Source: Candidatus Thorarchaeota archaeon (GTDB taxonomy: Archaea; Asgardarchaeota; Thorarchaeia; Thorarchaeales; Thorarchaeaceae). Taken from it: a stretch of 64,000 nucleotides of DNA. The stretch covers positions 16,923-80,922 of the forward strand of contig RDNZ01000008.1 of the NCBI GenBank assembly GCA_011364905.1, given 5' to 3'. Position numbers and translations under genes: made by a program. Position 1 is the first letter of the stretch; every line of letters starts with the position of its first letter. The notes under the pieces are model-generated. The model made no database searches and had not been told where the DNA came from. It was given only the letters and a program-made list of their open reading frames with translations. Positions 20,601 through 29,600 of the stretch are shown here, piece by piece.

Positions 20601-23600
20601 ATGTACCCAAATTGATAGTTGGGTCCTTTTGAAAAGTTTAGCACTACCAAGTAAGTGCCAAGACTATCTGTATCTATGCTAGGTAGCTCTATTCTATACT
20701 GGTCGCCAGTCCAACTAATACTCAATGGATAGGTCCAGTTATGATTCAGAGTCGCCCCGATTATCGCTTCATTATGTGTGATGTCCCAGTAGTCTGCGTA
20801 GAAGACAGCAGTGTCTCCCAAAGGCAAATCGATGATAGAAACAGAAGACCTTGCATATGCATATGCAATCTGCACAAGGATTTGGAACGTGAGTGTTTTT
20901 GCTTGATATCCACTTGCATCTGCAGTAATATTCACCTCGTGGGCACCAAGGTCCCATCCTTGTACGATAATCAAAACCTCGTAAGTTCCACTTCCAATGT
21001 GCTGCCATTCAATCAAAGCACCTTCCGAAGTCATGATACCCGTCGTAATGTTCTGAACATGATCAATATCAACATAGGATAGTGTGATTGTAACATTCGT
21101 ATCAAAACTAGTTGTTACACTTGGGTAATTTGAAGACGACAAGTAAGTAAGAATCGGGCGGTATGTGAATGAAACTTGAGTAGTACTACTGTCTGTGTAA
21201 TTCTCTGTGGGCTGAAAGTCCACAAAGACAATGATTTCATACTGCCCTTCTAGGAACCTTGTGTTGTCAATCGTTATTTGATATCTCCCATCTCCAAGGT
21301 TCAAGAAACTCTCAAAGGTGTAAAGTCCACCTGTTTCGTTGCGAGCGCTGAAGTAGGTCTGATCAAGTCCAGCAATTGCTGTCCCGTCAATCGGACTATC
21401 CGGTTCGCTTACATTCACATGAACAAACATTACGAAGTCATTGCCATTTGGAAATGGTTCGAGAGGCTCCCAACTCACATACACACCCAGTTTTCGAATC
21501 TCAAGATGGATTATGATATACGAGTCCATATAGAATCTCGGGGATGCCGTGGCACTTATCGTCGCATTGATGGAGTACGACCCCGCTGCCCAACCACTGG
21601 TATCCACCCAAAAGCCTAGCACAGAATGACTGTCACTTCCAGTTCCCCAATCCAAGCTTACTTGGGTCAGATTGCTAGGACTTACAGGAACTGAATCAAG
21701 ATCTAGATCCATCCACAAGACATCAAAGTAGACATCAGTACCAACAGGTATGGTGGAGTTATAGTTCACGCTTGGCGTTGTTCTGTGTGGAAGAATCAAG
21801 ATGCTTATTGTGGTCGTTGATGATTGGTAATTTTGCTTTGAGCATGTTAGGTCGAAGTAGTAAGTTCCAGGCATAAATGAACTCACGTCGATTGTGATGA
21901 GATAATTGCCAATGCTGGTTTCATCTACCTGTATCGGAACAATTGGAGAAATTGAGATTGTGCTACTATCTACTCCAATTCCTGCGTGGTCGATATCAAA
22001 CCAGTATATACTTGTGTTCACTTGTTGCCCCCATGGAGCCTCAACTGCATCAGGACTGAGTGGAATAGTTTCAGTTGCAATAGGCCTATAATTGAATTGA
22101 ACATCTATACTGCTACTCAATAGATACGTAGTACTTGGGGTTGCTATGAACCTAAATGTGTGCTCCCCACTTGAGAACCCTGTACTATCCACTGTCACAA
22201 GGTATGTCCCATTTCCATAATCTGTAGGTATTCCTAAAATTGTCGCATTACAGGAGAGGGTTGCACCTGTCAATGGCGTGCTATCGAATTTGTCCCTCAA
22301 TGTCAACCTAATCTCAAAATTGTCGCCATATGGTGTATCATTTGGAGGTTCATATGTCATGAATGTTCTGTGCGAGAGGTCTAAATAGAGGAAATCCGTT
22401 GCATCGCTATAGAATGAGTGTGATGCTTGAACATCTAACCTCCAACGGCCATAGCCGCCTAAATCGGACGTATTCAGTGTCTTGCCATATCTTCCGTCTC
22501 CATAATCATTGAGCTGAACATCCGTGGGTGTACCACTGACGCTCCAATTCATTGATACCGTTGCACCACTCACCATTGTTGAGGTCAATGTATCTTGCAG
22601 ATCAAACTCAACATAGAGCTGCTCGCCGATGAGCTTGGTTGAAATTCCATCAAGTATAGCGTCTCCTGGTGCAGTGAGGCTTAAAGAAGTTCCACGTTTC
22701 ACAATGAAAGTCCTATCAAATATACCTGTTCTGAGGTTTACGTCAGAATTGCTATCACTATACCTCGTGGTAGCATGCCAAACTCCTGCAGGAGCAGAGG
22801 TGTCCAAGTTGATGGACGCTGACTCTGAATATCCTATGTTTTCCTCCAATCCTATCGAATAGAAGTTGCTTGGATTGTACTGATTGCTGAACTGCGTTTG
22901 AATCCATCCTGCTGAACGTGTGACATCCGAAACACGCACCTCGTCGATTTGGCCATCCCACTCTGCGCTCCAGGTCTTGTTCTGAGGTTGGTCACCTTGT
23001 CCAATCCAGAAGTCCTTCTCAAATGAAGAGGGTTCAATCGCATTCGTTTTTGTTAGAACATTTGGATCCTGAACTCCATCCACATAGATTCTCATCAACG
23101 AACCATCGTAGGTTGCCACAATCTGATGCCAAGAACCTCCAGTGACATCATTGGCTCCGACAAGCTGATGAGTATCGCCGGGTAGGCTGAAGGTTGGTTT
23201 GATGGTTGAGCCTCCGCCATAATTGATGTACAAGGCATATCCATCATACCAGCCTTTGTGGTTCATTATGCCATAGACATGAGTATTAGGAGTGATGTCA
23301 TGCTGAATCCACGCTTCAAGTGTTATCTGATATCCATCAATATCCCAAAGAGGACTGTCTCCACAGTCTATGAAATCGTAATAACCATCAAGATTATTGA
23401 ATTCCTGACCAGCGCCAATCTTTCCGACTGTTTGAGTCGGAACAAACAAGCTATCCCCATCCCCACCTTGACCATCGTTCTTGTATTGGCTACTGTCTCG
23501 ATACTCACCCAGTAGTCCCGTTCCACTTTCAGAGAGGTGCCAAACCCCCAGATATCCTGAATCCCAAACAGGTCCCGAATCGTACACTATTGGGGCTAAT

Positions 23601-26600
23601 GGGTTTCCATAATACATGCTAATTACGGTGTCTGTTGAACCAGACAGTACTGGCACATTTACCCAAGCCACGAGATGAGCATGAGTCAGGTTGTAGGTTT
23701 GGTCGAAAAGTTCTATCTCATGCGAGAGTGTTTTTTCGCCAATTGTGAAGGCAATGTCCCTACCGTCGGCGCGCACATCTGTTCTTAGATCCGTATCGTA
23801 TATGTCTACTAGCACGGGGAAGTTGACAAGGTTTTCCATGACGTTATCATGACTGATTGCCAAGTATTTTCTATGGTAGTACGGAAGGGTAAACCCAGCT
23901 CCCTGAAATGTTGTACTTCCCGCATACCATGTAGAGCCTGTTGGGTCCGTCAGCTCTAGAGAAATCGTAGAACCAATGGTTCCAGAACTCCAAACATGGA
24001 ATTGGATATTCTCGCCAACTGCAAACTGCCCTGTGGTGGAATAGGGCCCTCCACTGGGTCCAATTTGCATGTCAAGAACATGATTTCTATCTAGGAATTT
24101 AATCTTCCACATACCATATTCATCAATCGCAGTTGAGCCAACTATCAGTTTACCATCGAAACATGTCCAATCGGCTGCAAATGTTCTCTCGACCCCTGAG
24201 GGACTTGCAACAGAAAATGGCCACCACTCACCCTCTGGGTATGAAATCTCAAAAGAAACCGCTTCTAATTCAGGAGGCGGAGAAATCATCACATTCGCGG
24301 TCCAAATCGGCAGACTACCATTAACGATGGAAAATGATGTGCCTTGAGTAAAGTCATCAGCATAACTGAGTATCGAAGTCTGTACTCCAAGCGACAGTTC
24401 AGTTCCAACTGTGATGCTAGATTCAGAACTTGTTGTGAAGATGTATCCATTGCCACTCACCTGTTCCTCTGACTCGATGGAGTAGAAGGAACTAGGATTG
24501 TATTGATTATTGTACTCTGTCAATATCCAACCAGAAGACCGAATAGCAGGTGAAACTTGAATTTCATCGAATCTCCCTAGAAAACGACTGGCTGAATCAA
24601 GTTGATTCCCTCCCCATAGCCAATCACCAAGACTTGCTAGTTGGGTCCATTGTGTTGGCACATTTTCTATGGCTAGAATCAATTGTGTGCCATCCAAGTA
24701 AATCTCAACAGTTTTCGTAGAATAGTCAAGTGTGACAACGAGATGATGCCACACATTGTTTGTAAATGGATTGGTTACAAGATTATAATCGATGTCGTTT
24801 CCGCCCCAGGGGTAGAAGAAGTTGTCACCATCAGGTTGTACCGCCCATTCAAAGCCATCGTCTTGGATGAGGGTGGGCGGAGGAGATGGGTTCAGTATGA
24901 ATCGGTCGCTTGTCGTCATAATACGCTGATATCCCCCATCGGAAGAATTCACCCAGTTAATCCAGATTGAAAGAGTTCCCCCAGATTTAATGGAGTCTAA
25001 GCTGGAGCTTTCAGAAACATTGATCATGTCATCAATGCCATCCAACTCAAATCCACTGCCTATTTGACCTTGGACTAAATCTGAACCGCTCATAGATCCT
25101 AAGGTCGCCCCATCATTATTGTAATGAGTACTGTCAAGCACTGTTCCTGCTGGACTTTGGTCTAGATGCCATACGCCAACATAACTTCCCCATACTGCAC
25201 TCGGATTTTCTTGATTCGTCAGATCTGGGTTGCCATAATACATGGTGATTGTTGTATCGATTGAAGAAGAAAGGTCTGTCTTGACCCAAGCAATAAGATG
25301 GGCATGCGTGCCATTATATGTTTGGTCGAAGTACACGATTTCGTGTGGGCACCAAGTATATCCATTCTTGAACATGATGTCATCTCCATCAGCCTGTACA
25401 TCGGTTCTTAGATCTGTGTCAAAGATGTCAATGAGCATAGGAAAATCAGTCAGGTCTTCTGCAACCATTGCGTGATCAACAATCAAATTCTTCCTATACT
25501 TGAACTCCGCAGTATTAACATTAGGCTGATGTTCCGCCTGGGATGTCTTTTCCGGTCCAATAGTGTAGAAACTTGATGGACTATATTGGTTACTATATTC
25601 AGTCGCAATCCATTCAGGTGAAAGCGCAGTATTTGCAACACGCACTTCATCTGTGTTTGCAGTGGACCAATAGCCAAGAGTACCACCTATCTCACTGCGG
25701 AATGCGTTTATGTAGAAGGATTCCACCTCGTCAAGACTGCCATAACCTGTAATATCAATTGGAGAATTCGGATCCTCTGCTCCATCAATGTATAGTCGAA
25801 GATAGTTCCCATCTCTTATCATAGAAACAAGGTGCCACAAATTGTCCCCGTAGGTTGATGTCGAGTAGATGTTCTTCGCTACAGTATTGTCGTCAATCGC
25901 TGCCATCAACATTCCTGGACCTGATTCTATGCTAATTCGATATCTCTTAGCCATAAGTACAGCACCTTTTCCGGCAAGGGTTCCCATGTTCACACCATCA
26001 TAATTGAACCACAGTGAAAATGAGAAGTCATTAGAACCCACATTTAACGAAGTATCATTCCCACAGTTAATGTAGTCCTGTGTATTGTCGAAATCAATGC
26101 TCCCATCAATCTGTCCTTCTACCTGATCGTCTGATTGAAGATTGTATCCTGTGCCATCATTCGAATTACTTGTCGAATCATAAAGCGGTCCGGTCGGATT
26201 TTCACTAAGATGCCAGACCCCTCTGTAATTAGAGTCCCATACACCTGCGACGTTCTCTTGGTTCCCAACGACAGAGTTACCGTAATACATTGTGATTACT
26301 GTATCAACTGATGATGAAAGGTCAGTCTTAACCCAAGCTACCAGATGTGCATGGGTGTCATTATAGGACTGCTCGAAGGACTCTATCTCATGAGGAAGGA
26401 TAATTTCACCAGATTTGAATATGATATCATCACCGTCAGACTGCGCTTTCGTTCTTAGGTCAGCATCAAAGATATCTATGAGCAATGGAAAGTCATTTAG
26501 ATCTGTGCCAACCTTTGTATGATCAATGGCTATGTCCTTCTCGTAGTTGTATTGGGTGGCTTGATTGATTTCTATCCCAAGTGATGTTGTGGGTTCAGGA

Positions 26601-29600
26601 CTAACGTATGGCCTTAGAAACACGTCATCCGCATAGACAGTATTGGGTTCCGTCTGAGGACTTGCCCAATAGAACACAGTACAGAACCTGTTGACACCCT
26701 CTGAGCCTAGATTTATTCCTGTTTCTTCGACTTCAAGGTTTCCATCAACCCACAGTCTTGCTTCTCCATCCGTGGTCGAGAATTTAGCTTGTATTTCTAG
26801 CATGTGCCAAGAACCCTTGGAAATTGGACTCGTAGTCCCGTAACCATATGCTTCACTCGCAATAGCGTTCCACAGGTACAGGGACATATCGCTGTATATG
26901 GTCAGGCTTAGCTGGTTTACCCAAACTGGGGACGTATCAACGAATTGCATTATTGTGACATGATCAGTAGTCGAAAAAGTCGCAGGGAGATAGAAGTGGA
27001 CTCTAGCAAACAGACTCGTCTTGTCACTGAAATCCTTCCAGATCATTGCCTGAGCTGCGGCCTGATTGTCAACCACTCCTTTTGCTGAATAGGTACCAGT
27101 ATTGGCCTGCTCCGTGGTTACTGACAGCGAGTCTCCAATATCCGTGTATGAGCCATCCCAAGAGTTAAGGTCGCCACTCTCAAACCCATCATAGAATTGG
27201 AAGACGTTGGCGTGGTTGTCTGGTGGTGAAGATACCGATGGATCTCCATAGTATAAATAGTAATTATCATCAGCTGTTGAAGATGGAATGTCAGACTGAA
27301 TCCTGAACCATACCTTTGTGGCTGCAGAGTCCCATGAAGAATCAGAGTCCAATACTCTGTCCAGTTCAATTAGGCTGAAACCATTCCAATACATAATCCG
27401 CATGTCATCACCATCAGCCTGTGATTTTCCTGATGCAACCAATGCTGCGTGATCGAATGTCACCGAAGTGGAGTATCCCGCCGTAACTGGCTCAGAACCA
27501 GTGGTGACAGTGATCTGTCTACTGAATTCGTAGGTTTCTCCAAGCATGGTTTCCTCCTTTACAGTATAGAATGATTCTGGATCATTCTGATTGTTGAACT
27601 CCGTAGTGATCCAGTCTGGGCTTCGATAGGAACTTGAAACTCGCACCTCATCAATGCGACCATCCCATTCCTGTATGAAGCCAGTTGAGCCGGGGTTATT
27701 GCCTATTTGGAGAACTGATGTGCCAGTCTGGGTCGTACCGCTATAGGGTGCACTATTCCGCTCAACTCCATCAACATACAAGAGCAGTTCACTGGTTCCT
27801 GCGTTTGCCACACCGACAACATGATGCCACTTGCCATCATTCACGAGACTGATGGGTGCAGTCACGCTCTGAGTATTGTCGACATAAAATGCGAAGGTCG
27901 AACTATCCAACTTGCCTAACCAATAATTCCGATGACCCACAGCACCCCACTTGGCTACTATCACATCCGAAGTAGGATCTGTATTGTTTGTATGTACCCA
28001 TGCTTCCACCAGCATGTCTGATGATAGAACAAGTGAAGTAGAGTGTGGTGCCTCGATGCGTTCATTGGTTCCTTCTCCATAGAACTCGGAGCATCCGTCG
28101 AATTTTCCTGTTTGAAGAGTGGGTTCAGTACCAATTGGGAGACCCACAGCGTCATTGCTATTTGAGGTACTATCATACACAGTGTCAGCTGGATCCTCGC
28201 TAAGATGCCACACGGCTGCAAAAGAAGTATCCCAGACACCGTGAGGATTCTCTAAACTATTCGAATTGGGATTTCCATAATACATGGATAACACAGTATC
28301 AGAAGATGCAGAGAGATCTGTTCTCACCCAAGCAAGAAGGTGTCCATGTGTGGAATTGTATGACTGCTCGAACAGCTCAATCTCGTGAGGGAGTATCCAT
28401 CCATCTTTTACAAACACAATGTCATCGCCATCAGATTGAACATCGAATCGAAGGTCTGAATCGAAGAGATCAATAAGAACTGGAAATCCATAGAGATCCG
28501 CGGTCACCTTAGTGTGATCGATAACAATGTCTTTCTTGTACATGAAACCAAGAGGTACTTCTTGGGGAACTGTGACTTCTTGCTCAATCCCTATCGAGTA
28601 AAAGCTAGAAGGATTGTTTTGATTGTTGAACTCTGTAAGAATCCATTCTGAAGTGGTCGTAGAGCTGAGAACATGAACTTCATCGATTTTCGCCGATAGA
28701 AACAGATTGGGTGCTCCAGCGTTGTCGTAGTTGTCACACGCCGCAATCAGAAATGGCTCAATGGAATTAATACTTCCATATCCAGTGATGTCAACTGGCG
28801 AGGTCGGTACTTCAGATCCATCAATGTAAAGATGGAGAAGATTTCCTTCTCTCACCATGGCAGCGTAGTGCCAGAGGCCATCATTCAGCGCTGACGCCGA
28901 ATAAATGCTGATTTTTCCAGGTGACGCAGAGTTGTCGTCGATTTCTGCCTTTATTGTTCCTGAACTTGTGACTGACAACATGTATCTGTAGGCATCTGTG
29001 CCGATAGCTCCTTTATTGGCAAGAGGTGCGTCCAGATCGGATGTGGCGAACCACAAGCTCATAACAAAATCATTGTAACCCACTGCAAGCGAGGCTGTAT
29101 CTCCACAGTCTATATAGTCATTTGATCCGTCAAAGTCAATAGCATTGCCTATTAGACCCGGGACTTTGTCTTCTTCGAGCATTGTGCCGTACGTAGTCCC
29201 ATCATTGTTGTTGTATGTACTGTCAATGATTTGTGGGGCTGGCTTGCCAACAGATGGACTTTCTCCGAGGTGCCACACGCCTTGATACTGATTTCGCCAG
29301 ACCTCCTCAGGACTTTCTTTGGCCCCCATGGCAGAATTTGCATAATACATTGAGATTATCGTGTCCGATACAGATGAGATGTCTGCCCGTACCCAGGCGA
29401 CTAAGTGTGCGTGTGTTGAGTTATACTGTTGGTCGAACAGTTCTAACTCATGCGGTAGACTCCTGCCATTTGATGTGAACATTATGTCGTCGCCGTCTGG
29501 TTGGACCTTCGAATGCAGGTCTGAATCATAGATGTCAATCAACACTGGAAATCCCGTGAGGTCGGCTGCAACTTTATTGTGGTCAATTTTGATGTCCTTC

